Shown here: positions 38,488 to 46,924 of the stretch, piece by piece | Layout of the letters: each line of letters opens with the position of its first letter | Numbering within the stretch: the stretch's first letter is position 1 | DNA from: a virus | IMG/VR virus record: IMGVR_UViG_3300032268_000293 | Location: 15,832-79,831 of that record | DNA: 64,000 nt | Direction: 5' to 3' (one strand) | The notes under the pieces: model-generated | What the model was told of the DNA's origin: nothing | What the model saw: only the letters and a program-made list of their open reading frames with translations | Databases searched by the model: none | Position numbers and translations under genes: made by a program

Positions 38488-40968
38488 TCATGCGAAGAAT
38501 TCATCTAGATCGTTTTTCTCAACAATACTCCAGTCAATTGCCTCAAGAATTATTGAAAGTGGATCAAGAAACACCTTCTCAAACTGTTTATCATAATCTA
38601 TGTATTTATGTAGATTCAGCTCATTTGGTAAAGTACCAACAAACGAAATAATGTTTTCGTGTATTGTGTTTGGTTCACGCAAGTAAACGAATTTAATTTT
38701 ATCACCATTCTTAATCAATTGATATTTGTTTAAGAGATTCATTTCTTTCATGTAGTGATTATATAACAAAGCACCACGGACATGAATTGGCGTAGCCTTT
38801 TTATAGATTGTTGATGAAGATTTATAATCATTCAAGTCATTTACGCCACGTGGGAAAGCAATCTCTTCCACACTCATCGTATTAAATTTCTTTTGAAAGT
38901 CAAGAACGAACTTCCTTAGTTCTTTCTCATCACCACCCATAATCACTTTAATGGCATCTTTTAAAGTCTCACGAATAGTAGCAGGTGTTGACGACTTAAC
39001 CACCTCAAGACCCATAATCTTCATCTTGGGTTGCGCATACTGAACACCCTCAGAGTTATGGACATTGAGAACGTAGCGTTTCTTAGCAGTCCATATACCT
39101 TTGTCGGCGATAGACTCACGCTTCATAATCATTTTTTGATCATAAGCATTCTGTCTTCGAGCAAGTTCTTGATAACATTTATCGATGAATGGTTGAACCT
39201 TGTCTTCGCATATCTTGTCGATTGTAACTATTACTTTTTGGGTGTCTTTTTGTTGTTCTTCTGTGAAGATAGAATCAACAAGCGGAGCCATATTAATATA
39301 CACAGAGTCAGTATCAACAGCAATAACATAGTCTGCTCCTTCAGTCTTTAACAATTTGTTGAAATATTCATTGAGTCTATCGTGGATCCAACGAATAGAA
39401 AGTTGACCAGAAAGTGTAATACCTTCTGATAATCGTTTATCGTAGTATCGGAAATATTGATTAGCCAAAGCACCATAAGCAGAGTTAAGAGCAATCTTTA
39501 ATGCCATCTGTAGGTTGTTGAGTCTAGATATCTCATTAGTCAATGCATGATTCTTTGTGTTCTCATATTCCTGCTGCACTTTCAGCATCTGCTTCTTTGA
39601 CTTGCTTCGATCAGTATACATTTTCTCCATCAACTCAGGGAGGAAACCACGTACGTCTTTACGATAACACCATCCATTCGCAGAAACAGCAAGTCCATTA
39701 TTATCTGGCTCTTCTTTCAGAAACAAATCTACTCCACCAGAAACGCTTTTAACAATAGTCTCGGGAGACATATTATACTGCATAATCAAATGCGGATACA
39801 GACTATTCAAGTCAAACGAAACTACCCACTTATGAAATCCAATCAGAGGATCTTTAACATACGCACCTTCAATTGCTGTGTCTTTAGAGTTACCAGTCTT
39901 TGGTGGTATAACAATCTTTTTTGCACGCAAATGATTGTAGATTATAGTATCCCACATGCGAACCTGCGAAAACACATCTTCGTAGTTCACCTTTGCGTTA
40001 TAAGCCATAACAATCGCCAACTCGACAAGTTTCATCTTGTCTTCAAGCATGTCAACAAGAGAGGTGTCATGAATATTATAGTCAACGAAATCACGCCAGT
40101 GGTTTGTATAGAAATCTTTGAAAGAATCTCCTGGGTTTTCTTTCTTACGCTCACCAAGTTCCACAAAAGCAATATGGTCAAGACGATACGATTCCTGCAT
40201 CGTATAAGTAAACTTCTTATAGAGATCGATGTAGTCAAGAACACTTACGCCAATAATATCATACGCAATTTCTTTATTGCCTTTGATGTAGATTTCTCTG
40301 CGTGTGATCATATTCCAAGGCGACATCTTCTTAGAGTCATCTTCGCCGAGAACGTTGTGAATACGTTGAATCAGATATGGGATATCGAACAGATTGATGT
40401 TCCAACCTGTAACAATATCTGGTGTGTTCTTACGCCAAAATGTTAAGAACTCGCGAAGCAGTTTTGCTTCCGAGTCACAGTGAATGTAGAAAGGACATTG
40501 ACCATCGTAAGGTTTGCGACCAAACACAGTTAGACGTTTGGTCTTGTTGTCCATCAACGAGATTAGAAGTATTTCCTCATTCGCCGTTTCGATGTTAGGA
40601 AAACCATCCTCAGTCTCAGTTTCAATATCAATAGAGAAACACCTAATCTTGTCCTTGTCGTAAACAATTTCTGACGGATAATTATCCGAGATGTATTGGT
40701 AAGCATAATTTAAATTTCCATAAATTTTAAAACCCTCAACACCCTCGTACTTCTCGATAAAGTCTCGTGTGTCTTTAATATTACCTGGAGAGAATGAATA
40801 CACAACTTCGCCATCAAGTGTGCGCATCATCTCTTTTGAATTTTTATGTTTTGATGTTACGTAGAGAGTTGGGTGGAAATCTATCTTCTCTTTAAATGTC
40901 TCACCATTCTCATAACCTCGAACGAGAATTTTATTCCCGATAGAACAAATGTTCGTATAAAACTGCAT
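38488..40968 (-). CDS. 43: family B DNA polymerase gp43
   Basis: DIET exonuclease motif, FDLNSLYP, KIALNSAYG, DTDS, KKRY. Confidence 0.98.
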   Translation of the reverse strand: MQFYTNICSIGNKILVRGYENGETFKEKIDFHPTLYVTSKHKNSKEMMRTLDGEVVYSFSPGNIKDTRDFIEKYEGVEGFKIYGNLNYAYQYISDNYPSEIVYDKDKIRCFSIDIETETEDGFPNIETANEEILLISLMDNKTKRLTVFGRKPYDGQCPFYIHCDSEAKLLREFLTFWRKNTPDIVTGWNINLFDIPYLIQRIHNVLGEDDSKKMSPWNMITRREIYIKGNKEIAYDIIGVSVLDYIDLYKKFTYTMQESYRLDHIAFVELGERKKENPGDSFKDFYTNHWRDFVDYNIHDTSLVDMLEDKMKLVELAIVMAYNAKVNYEDVFSQVRMWDTIIYNHLRAKKIVIPPKTGNSKDTAIEGAYVKDPLIGFHKWVVSFDLNSLYPHLIMQYNMSPETIVKSVSGGVDLFLKEEPDNNGLAVSANGWCYRKDVRGFLPELMEKMYTDRSKSKKQMLKVQQEYENTKNHALTNEISRLNNLQMALKIALNSAYGALANQYFRYYDKRLSEGITLSGQLSIRWIHDRLNEYFNKLLKTEGADYVIAVDTDSVYINMAPLVDSIFTEEQQKDTQKVIVTIDKICEDKVQPFIDKCYQELARRQNAYDQKMIMKRESIADKGIWTAKKRYVLNVHNSEGVQYAQPKMKIMGLEVVKSSTPATIRETLKDAIKVIMGGDEKELRKFVLDFQKKFNTMSVEEIAFPRGVNDLNDYKSSSTIYKKATPIHVRGALLYNHYMKEMNLLNKYQLIKNGDKIKFVYLREPNTIHENIISFVGTLPNELNLHKYIDYDKQFEKVFLDPLSIILEAIDWSIVEKNDLDEFFA

Positions 40969-40993
40969 GACACTCCTTCATGTTTATCTTACT

Positions 40994-41022
40994 ATTATAC
41001 TTAGAGCGGAGTTTTTTGTAAA
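40994..41022 (-). promoter_or_regulatory. early promoter for gene 43
   Basis: TTTACA-N17-TATAAT. Confidence 0.7.
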
Positions 41023-41023
41023 A

Positions 41024-41590
41024 TTATTTTCCATGCACCAACTGCATAATATCATATGCGCAGTCGTGAACAGGATGGTGCTTAATTACATTGGCACCTT
41101 TATCGAATGGAATCTTAAGATCGCAATATCCATTCTTCGTTGTTTCGCAAAGACAATCTAGAGCAGTTCGAACATCACGCCAACAGTTATATGGCGCAAG
41201 CAAATCAACATCTACTGCTTTACATAAACTATCAATTACCATCTGATCAAGAGAACCACGTGACCAGAATGTTGGGTTACTTGGTTTACCAATGTAGTCA
41301 CGCAACTTCTCAATCCCATCAAGAACAGAAATATCATTCTTTGACGGAACAAAACTCACTTCTCTAATCGAAGGATGAATTTTACTCCACCATTCAATAG
41401 TAGATTTGTCAATCGTGCGATTATAATTTTTTACTTGTTCCTCAACATTCAATTTAACGAACAACGCATCTTGTAGATAGTCGTCGTAAGTTTTTTCTGT
41501 ATTTGTTGGGTCAAATCTAATAATCGCAGCAGACAAAATAACACTGGTGGATTCTACACCAATAGTCTCTACGTCAAACATATACATCAT
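41024..41590 (-). CDS. dexA: DEDDh 3'-5' exonuclease (DexA-like)
   Basis: FDVET, TIEWW, WSRG, RDVRT and HHPVHDCAYD motifs. Confidence 0.85.
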   Translation of the reverse strand: MMYMFDVETIGVESTSVILSAAIIRFDPTNTEKTYDDYLQDALFVKLNVEEQVKNYNRTIDKSTIEWWSKIHPSIREVSFVPSKNDISVLDGIEKLRDYIGKPSNPTFWSRGSLDQMVIDSLCKAVDVDLLAPYNCWRDVRTALDCLCETTKNGYCDLKIPFDKGANVIKHHPVHDCAYDIMQLVHGK

Positions 41591-42300
41591 TCGATTTGTT
41601 CCTTCACTAATGTATCAAGTTCTTCTTCAGTAAGTTCTTGCATCAAACCGCACCACTGAGTAGGTTTAATTTTCTTACCATCCCAATACTCACCCCATGA
41701 TTTACCATCCCATGTGGCAAATTGATCATAGTCACGATCTTTAGTTTTAATGATATAGCGACCAATCTTTTCTGGTTTAATTTTACCATCAATCATTTCT
41801 GTTCTAGGTAATCCCCACAAAACATCAGTAGTAATATTATCTATGTAGTCTTCATGCGCATTCTCTAAACCTGCGAAATCTATTACATCACTAGGCAGCG
41901 AATCAATAGAATCTTTATCAGAAAGACTGTATTCATAACAATCGTCATGTCCCTCAATAAACTGCCCAGCATATCCCATTCCTGGCTCGTGGTAATATGC
42001 TTCCACATCCCACCCCTGCCCATCAAGATATTCATAAAGAGATGTTGGTGGGGACCATGCTGATTCGAAAGCAATCCAAATACAATTATCTTCCTGTCGT
42101 TCCCAGTCTATAATACCCATCTCCCATTTTGTTCCCCAATTATTGACTGACCAATCATACTCCCACTCACCAGAAGGATTTGGGCGCAAGTGCTGGAATA
42201 CTTGTTGATTTTCTTTATCTTCTAAAACCTTTTGTAAGGTATCAATTTTAGTTACATCATCATTGCGAAAATATGCGCTGTTATCACACCAATTAGGCAT
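41587..42300 (-). CDS. YubB/DUF1281-like ferredoxin-fold protein
   Basis: MPNWC...NWGTKW...FESAWSPP...YYHEPG. Confidence 0.75.
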   Translation of the reverse strand: MPNWCDNSAYFRNDDVTKIDTLQKVLEDKENQQVFQHLRPNPSGEWEYDWSVNNWGTKWEMGIIDWERQEDNCIWIAFESAWSPPTSLYEYLDGQGWDVEAYYHEPGMGYAGQFIEGHDDCYEYSLSDKDSIDSLPSDVIDFAGLENAHEDYIDNITTDVLWGLPRTEMIDGKIKPEKIGRYIIKTKDRDYDQFATWDGKSWGEYWDGKKIKPTQWCGLMQELTEEELDTLVKEQIE

Positions 42301-42448
42301 CTTGATTCTCCTGTTCAATAATCTTTACTTCATCATAAAATTCTAATTCGATTAATTCTGTAGCTTTTATTTCGGCTTCCATTATGTCCATACATGTCTC
42401 TGATCGGACAACTTTACTATTATTATAACATTTAACAAAAAAGATCAT
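42293..42448 (-). CDS. small hypothetical protein
   Basis: Translated by hand: MIFFVKCYNN...ENQDA; fills the gap and overlaps both neighbours. Confidence 0.45.
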   Translation of the reverse strand: MIFFVKCYNNSKVVRSETCMDIMEAEIKATELIELEFYDEVKIIEQENQDA

Positions 42449-42573
42449 TTAACATTCTCCTTGATAACTATTTGTGTTTGGTTAACAAATCCATCAAGGT
42501 ATCTAGCAATTCCAGTAAACCCCACAGTAGCAACAGCAATGCCAAGAAAAAATCCCACAATCAAATTAATCAT
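42445..42573 (-). CDS. small membrane protein
   Basis: Translated by hand: MINLIVGFFLGIAVATVGFTGIARYLD...; ATGA coupling. Confidence 0.55.
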   Translation of the reverse strand: MINLIVGFFLGIAVATVGFTGIARYLDGFVNQTQIVIKENVK

Positions 42574-43127
42574 GAGGAAAGTTCCTTTATTGTTTTTACT
42601 TCAAACTCTCCCCATCGTTTCTCAGCAGAGTTTGTCAATGAACCATCTTTACTCGAAAAAGAAAACGAAATACCTGTTTTGGTCATACGGTTTTTCCAGA
42701 TCGGAAATGGTAATACAAACATACGATAACCGATCTTATTAATATTCTCATCCATATATGTTATAAAAATACGCAACGCACCTTTCTTATTTCTAACAGA
42801 TGCTGGCGACAAACAGCACCATGTGCGTTGAACATCCTTACCTTTGTATTTACTGTGATTCAATGAACGAGCACGCATATACTTTGCGTCAGAATGATCA
42901 TTAAAATCTTCACCATCTTCATTACTACGTTTGAGTTGTTTGTTGTTGTCAGCAATAACCTGCTCAAGCAAATTAGAAACTGACAACAAACCTGTTTTGG
43001 TCAACTCAATGGCTTGCTGTTTTGTTACACCACCATTTTTCTTAAGATGTTCCCAAAGATATTCAACTGCGAGACCATCTGTTATTGCAGAATATTCGGT
43101 GTGATTCGCAGCCATTATTTGCTCCAA
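42570..43127 (-). CDS. hypothetical protein, possible PD-(D/E)xK nuclease
   Basis: LE helix followed by EDFNDHSDAK; basic C-terminal half. Confidence 0.5.
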   Translation of the reverse strand: MEQIMAANHTEYSAITDGLAVEYLWEHLKKNGGVTKQQAIELTKTGLLSVSNLLEQVIADNNKQLKRSNEDGEDFNDHSDAKYMRARSLNHSKYKGKDVQRTWCCLSPASVRNKKGALRIFITYMDENINKIGYRMFVLPFPIWKNRMTKTGISFSFSSKDGSLTNSAEKRWGEFEVKTIKELSS

Positions 43128-43309
43128 GCAGTTTTACGTGGGAATGAGGATGCGAAACCAGAAGTGCCAAGATTAAACCCACGGGAATTTTTTCCAGTCA
43201 TTTTAGACTTTGGGTTTTTGGTAGATTTATAGACAGTGACAGTGCAATTGAGCACAGGGTCAACATAAGTGGTCAGAACATTACGAGGTTTTTTCATCAC
43301 GATCTCCAT
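43115..43309 (-). CDS. hypothetical basic protein
   Basis: First ORF after the promoter at 43327. Confidence 0.5.
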   Translation of the reverse strand: MEIVMKKPRNVLTTYVDPVLNCTVTVYKSTKNPKSKMTGKNSRGFNLGTSGFASSFPRKTAWSK

Positions 43310-43326
43310 ATCAAGTTTATAGAATA

Positions 43327-43384
43327 ATTATACTATAAACCCGAATATTTGTCAAGTATTAACCCTACATTGCATAGGGGTATT
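43327..43384 (-). promoter_or_regulatory. early promoter with upstream palindrome
   Basis: TTGACA-N17-TATAAT at 43327-43355; palindrome at 43358-43384. Confidence 0.8.
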
Positions 43385-43618
43385 TTATTCGCCTGGAGGT
43401 GAGTGCAGACGGGACTCTTTTTCAACAAGCATCTCCAACCAATTAACAGCTTCGTTCTGATTCTTGAAATGTCTTGTGTGAAACTCGCAAGTTGCTGGAT
43501 TGATAGCAACGATCATAACATATTTGTCTCGATATACAGATGCTTTGAATACCCAGTCCCCTCTTCGGACTGGTATAAATGAAACAAGTTTACCGTATAT
43601 TTTTGATTTCTGCATCAA
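43385..43618 (-). CDS. hypothetical protein
   Basis: 77-aa ORF. Confidence 0.6.
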   Translation of the reverse strand: MMQKSKIYGKLVSFIPVRRGDWVFKASVYRDKYVMIVAINPATCEFHTRHFKNQNEAVNWLEMLVEKESRLHSPPGE

Positions 43619-43622
43619 AATA

Positions 43623-43648
43623 TTTAGGGGAACCGAAGTCCCCCTAAA
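43623..43648 (-). terminator. cUUCGg hairpin terminator after the hsp20 operon
   Basis: TTTAGGGGGAC-TTCG-GTTCCCCTAAA-TATTTT. Confidence 0.75.
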
Positions 43649-43658
43649 CAGTTTTATT

Positions 43659-43733
43659 TCACTTTACTGGCGTTGGTGTTTTACCATTCACCCAATCCCA
43701 ATCATCATCTGTCATTGGGATCCAGTTTGTCAT
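43659..43733 (-). CDS. 24-aa peptide MTNWIPMTDDDWDWVNGKTPTPVK
   Basis: ATGA coupling to the previous ORF; GGAG SD. Confidence 0.45.
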   Translation of the reverse strand: MTNWIPMTDDDWDWVNGKTPTPVK

Positions 43734-43867
43734 TTGCATTCTCCGTATTGTCGCATTAAGTCTTGCGCTTCTTTATACTTTCCATTTCTAGAAAGTTCAG
43801 CAGCAGCACGAGCATAGCCAATACCTTTCAACATGACATAAAATTTGCGGAAAAATGTTTTCATCAT
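43730..43867 (-). CDS. 45-aa protein
   Basis: MMKTFFRKFYVMLKGIGYARAAAELSR...; overlaps the hsp20 stop. Confidence 0.55.
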   Translation of the reverse strand: MMKTFFRKFYVMLKGIGYARAAAELSRNGKYKEAQDLMRQYGECK

Positions 43868-44340
43868 TTCCCCTCAGTCAATAACTGTTTCTCAGCTTTT
43901 GACTTAACTGCGATTTTCTTTGGTTGCTTTGCTTCTGGAACCAAACGCTCCAAAGCAATTTTAAGCATACCATTAAAAATCTCGGCATCTTTAACTTCTA
44001 CTTCATCATTCAATACGAATGAACGAGTGAAGGCACGATTGGCGATACCTTTGAACAAGAAACCATCTTCTTGGTCTTCAGCTTTAATATTACCACGAAC
44101 AACCAATTTACCACCATCAATTTCAATATCAATGTCTTGCTGAGCAAAACCTGCGACAGCAATCTCGATCGTGTAATGATTCTCACCATTCTTGCGAATG
44201 TTATATGGTGGATAATTAGGAATGTTTTTGGCTACATCATCATGTAGTTTTTGTAAACGATGCCAATGTTCATCGAAACCTACAAAAAATTTGTCAATGT
44301 CTTTAGTGCCCCAGAAAGTGGGGATAAAATCGTGTCCCAT
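43864..44340 (-). CDS. hsp20: small heat shock protein Hsp20 (IbpA-like)
   Basis: NYPPYNI, IEIAVAGF, GIANRAFTRSF and NGMLKI motifs. Confidence 0.95.
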   Translation of the reverse strand: MGHDFIPTFWGTKDIDKFFVGFDEHWHRLQKLHDDVAKNIPNYPPYNIRKNGENHYTIEIAVAGFAQQDIDIEIDGGKLVVRGNIKAEDQEDGFLFKGIANRAFTRSFVLNDEVEVKDAEIFNGMLKIALERLVPEAKQPKKIAVKSKAEKQLLTEGK

Positions 44341-44350
44341 AATTTTCTCC

Positions 44351-44575
44351 TTACTTAGTTGCGAATGCTTTTTTGGCATCAAAAGAAGTTGCAGCTGAAC
44401 CCACTGTAGTGAAAAAATCTACAGAAGATTTGGCGACATTCTTAGCAAATGATTGCTGAGCATCGATATAAGTTTGGAGTTGTTTTGCGACTGCCTCGTT
44501 TTGAACGAATGTCTTAACGAATTGAGTCTTTGCACCAGAAATGGTGTCGATAGTTGTGTTGATTGCTTGTAACAT
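44351..44575 (-). CDS. small amphipathic helical protein (phasin-like?)
   Basis: 74 aa, AGGAG SD, Ala/Gln/Thr-rich amphipathic helices. Confidence 0.6.
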   Translation of the reverse strand: MLQAINTTIDTISGAKTQFVKTFVQNEAVAKQLQTYIDAQQSFAKNVAKSSVDFFTTVGSAATSFDAKKAFATK

Positions 44576-44579
44576 ATTT

Positions 44580-44726
44580 TCTCCTATTAAGCGAGTTAAA
44601 TTAAAAAATGCTACCCCGAAGGCATAGCGATCCTGCTTACTGTTTACAGGGACACCTTATCGTAGTGTCAGCCTTAAGACGCTCCTAAGGTAGTAGAGTC
44701 TTTACGTTCCCATCCCGATTGGGACA
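44580..44726 (-). ncRNA. structured 5' leader RNA (candidate cis-regulatory motif)
   Basis: Five consecutive hairpins between a late promoter and the SD. Confidence 0.55.
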
Positions 44727-44730
44727 AAAA

Positions 44731-44738
44731 TATTTATA
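44731..44738 (-). promoter_or_regulatory. T4-type late promoter
   Basis: TATAAATA. Confidence 0.7.
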
Positions 44739-44743
44739 ACAGG

Positions 44744-44926
44744 TTACTTCTTTTCTGCAGGTTTTTTATCATCTTTTTTCGCAGGTGCTGGCGCAGATGC
44801 TGCTGGCTTTGCGTCCTTAGCGACTGCTGCTGGCTTCGCTTCTTCTTTCTTAGCTGGTGCTGCTGCTTGAGCAAAAACGGATGTTGAGAAAACTGCTGCT
44901 GTAAACAATGTTGCGATTGATTTCAT
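44744..44926 (-). CDS. exported Ala/Lys/Pro-rich small protein
   Basis: Signal peptide ending VFA, then PAKK/AKPAA repeats. Confidence 0.7.
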   Translation of the reverse strand: MKSIATLFTAAVFSTSVFAQAAAPAKKEEAKPAAVAKDAKPAASAPAPAKKDDKKPAEKK

Positions 44927-44950
44927 AAGATATCTCCTATCATGTTAAAA

Positions 44951-45145
44951 TTACTCAGCTTTTGGAACCTCGGAATCTTTTTGAAGTTTCTCAAACTGAG
45001 GTACTGCTTGCGTCCTAATTTTATTAATTAGTTCTGCAACTTTGATGAAGGGTTGGTCACCCAATGCGCCAAGAATAACATCAATTTCTTCTGGCTTAAA
45101 TTTCAATTCAATATTCATATACTCTCCAATAATATAACGCTCCAA
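44951..45145 (-). CDS. hypothetical protein
   Basis: L.AL..QPF..VA.LI.KI..QA motif; true start may be MNIEL. Confidence 0.6.
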   Translation of the reverse strand: MERYIIGEYMNIELKFKPEEIDVILGALGDQPFIKVAELINKIRTQAVPQFEKLQKDSEVPKAE

Positions 45146-45158
45146 GTATTAATTTGGT

Positions 45159-45584
45159 TTACTTGTTTACGTTTTTTTTCCCAATATTATATTTTGGTAC
45201 TAGTTCCCATTCATCTTTCTCTTTAAAAGAAAGAACCTTTATTTGCGAAAGTGATGCTTCTGGTCTCGATTCTTTCGATTTTGTTACAGAAAGCAAACCC
45301 CAATCTTGCAGTAATACTGCAACTGTGTTTCTTCGCTCAATATCGCTGCTAGTTAGATTAGACTCTTTTCCGTCTAAAGCAAATAACTCTTTGAAATGCA
45401 CAATATAGTATCTACCTTGTTTGTGCAAAATATGACAGGATTGGTAAAGTTTCTTTTCTTTTCTTGACGCAATACCAATACGTGTCAATGTCTCCTTAAT
45501 TTTAAGGAAGTTATCTGGTTCGGGTAATGTCACCTCGAGCATGCTGTCTGGAGTCCAGTCATAGTAAACAGTCTCAACAGTCAT
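45159..45584 (-). CDS. regA: translational repressor RegA
   Basis: FLKIKETLTRIGIAS...LYQSCHILHKQGRYYIVHFKELF. Confidence 0.96.
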   Translation of the reverse strand: MTVETVYYDWTPDSMLEVTLPEPDNFLKIKETLTRIGIASRKEKKLYQSCHILHKQGRYYIVHFKELFALDGKESNLTSSDIERRNTVAVLLQDWGLLSVTKSKESRPEASLSQIKVLSFKEKDEWELVPKYNIGKKNVNK

Positions 45585-45958
45585 AATTTTCCACCTTTTT
45601 CGAATTTTTGTTTTATCATATTAAGTTGTTCTTCGGATAATATGGAAAGAGCAACTTTTGCCTTTTCTCTACTATAATTATAGTAGTTCATTACCATAGT
45701 CAAATCGTCTCCAGTTTCCAGCTTGTGCCATTTAGAGAATCGCTTTTTCTTGGTAATACTATTTAGCAAATAACGAAATTGCCACTTTTTTGGTATATAG
45801 TGGCGAACATTCATCTCATTTGCTTGTAGGCATGAGTCAACAAAAAATGAAAGACCTTTATTTACGATGTATGGATCGTAAAATTTTTGAAAAGATGGAT
45901 CGTCCGATAAATCGTCCTTTGTAATATTAATACAATTTAGATAGTCAAATGGCGACAT
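45581..45958 (-). CDS. 62: clamp loader small subunit gp62
   Basis: Sequence features and 45-44-62-regA synteny. Confidence 0.9.
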   Translation of the reverse strand: MSPFDYLNCINITKDDLSDDPSFQKFYDPYIVNKGLSFFVDSCLQANEMNVRHYIPKKWQFRYLLNSITKKKRFSKWHKLETGDDLTMVMNYYNYSREKAKVALSILSEEQLNMIKQKFEKGGKL

Positions 45959-45965
45959 CGCACCC

Positions 45966-46904
45966 TCACTTAAACTTACAGCCGACCATAATTTCAGTCA
46001 TTGCTGCGATATTATTAAGTTCTGGGTTTGCGACAAATGCTGCTTTGTATTGATAATCTGCTAAAATCAAAATAAGTTTTGGTACTGAACTTGCGTCCAT
46101 AAAATCAACTGCATTGTCGTAAAGAGTCTTAAACAACTGAGAGGTGTCAATATCAGAATTTTTAGCAATCCATTTGCGTGTGTTTGCGAAATCCTTATCT
46201 TTTAGATAACCAATGAGTTCTTTAAAAGAGTCATCAGAAAGATTGATAAGAATACCAGTGTCGATTCGACCATTCACCGAATAACGCTGAAGTTCGTTCA
46301 GAACTCTACGGAAATCGGGGAAATATGTCTCAACAAGTTTCGCGACTGCTTTACTATCTACATCAGCAACACCCTCTTGTGAGAGGATATCCATTACTCT
46401 GCGATAAAACGCAGCAGCAACTTTTGGTTTTTCTGCTGAGGGGATTTTAAATTCAATTACTGAACATCTTGACCAGAGTGGTTCGATGATTTTGTGCTTG
46501 AAGTTGCAGGTGAAGATAAATCGACAATTGTTGGAAAATTCTTCGATAAAAGAGCGCAGGGCTGCTTGGTTTGCTGTTGTGAGATTGTCTGCTTCGTCAA
46601 GGATGACAACTTTCGTTGATGATTCGAGACTAACAGACGAGGCAAAGCTCTTGATTTTTGTACGTAGGATGTCAATTCCGTTCTCCTCAGATCCATTAAT
46701 AAACATATATTCAGCACCGACTTCTCGGCACAATGCTTTTGCTATGGTAGTTTTACCTACACCTGCTCCACCTGAAAATAGGAACATAGGTAATTCACCA
46801 CCAGCAACAAAATTCTTAAATGTTTCTTTTAGTGATTCTGGAAGAATACACTCATCAATCGTTTGTGGGCGATACTTCTCTACCCAAAGAAAATGGTCTT
46901 TCAT
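45966..46904 (-). CDS. 44: clamp loader large subunit gp44
   Basis: WVEKYRP, GVGKTT, LDEAD, SRC. Confidence 0.96.
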   Translation of the reverse strand: MKDHFLWVEKYRPQTIDECILPESLKETFKNFVAGGELPMFLFSGGAGVGKTTIAKALCREVGAEYMFINGSEENGIDILRTKIKSFASSVSLESSTKVVILDEADNLTTANQAALRSFIEEFSNNCRFIFTCNFKHKIIEPLWSRCSVIEFKIPSAEKPKVAAAFYRRVMDILSQEGVADVDSKAVAKLVETYFPDFRRVLNELQRYSVNGRIDTGILINLSDDSFKELIGYLKDKDFANTRKWIAKNSDIDTSQLFKTLYDNAVDFMDASSVPKLILILADYQYKAAFVANPELNNIAAMTEIMVGCKFK

Positions 46905-46924
46905 AATATAGTCCTGAAGTAAAA

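Noticed and set aside
39790-40446. Long plus-strand ORFs (also 27317-27871, 53230-53859, 46980-47429 and others)
   Set aside because: Antisense shadows of well-supported minus-strand genes, with no motifs or plus-strand promoters.
12064-40968. Introns or inteins in nrdA, nrdB, thyX, gp41, uvsX, gp43
   Set aside because: All are uninterrupted and of normal length, with no intein motifs.
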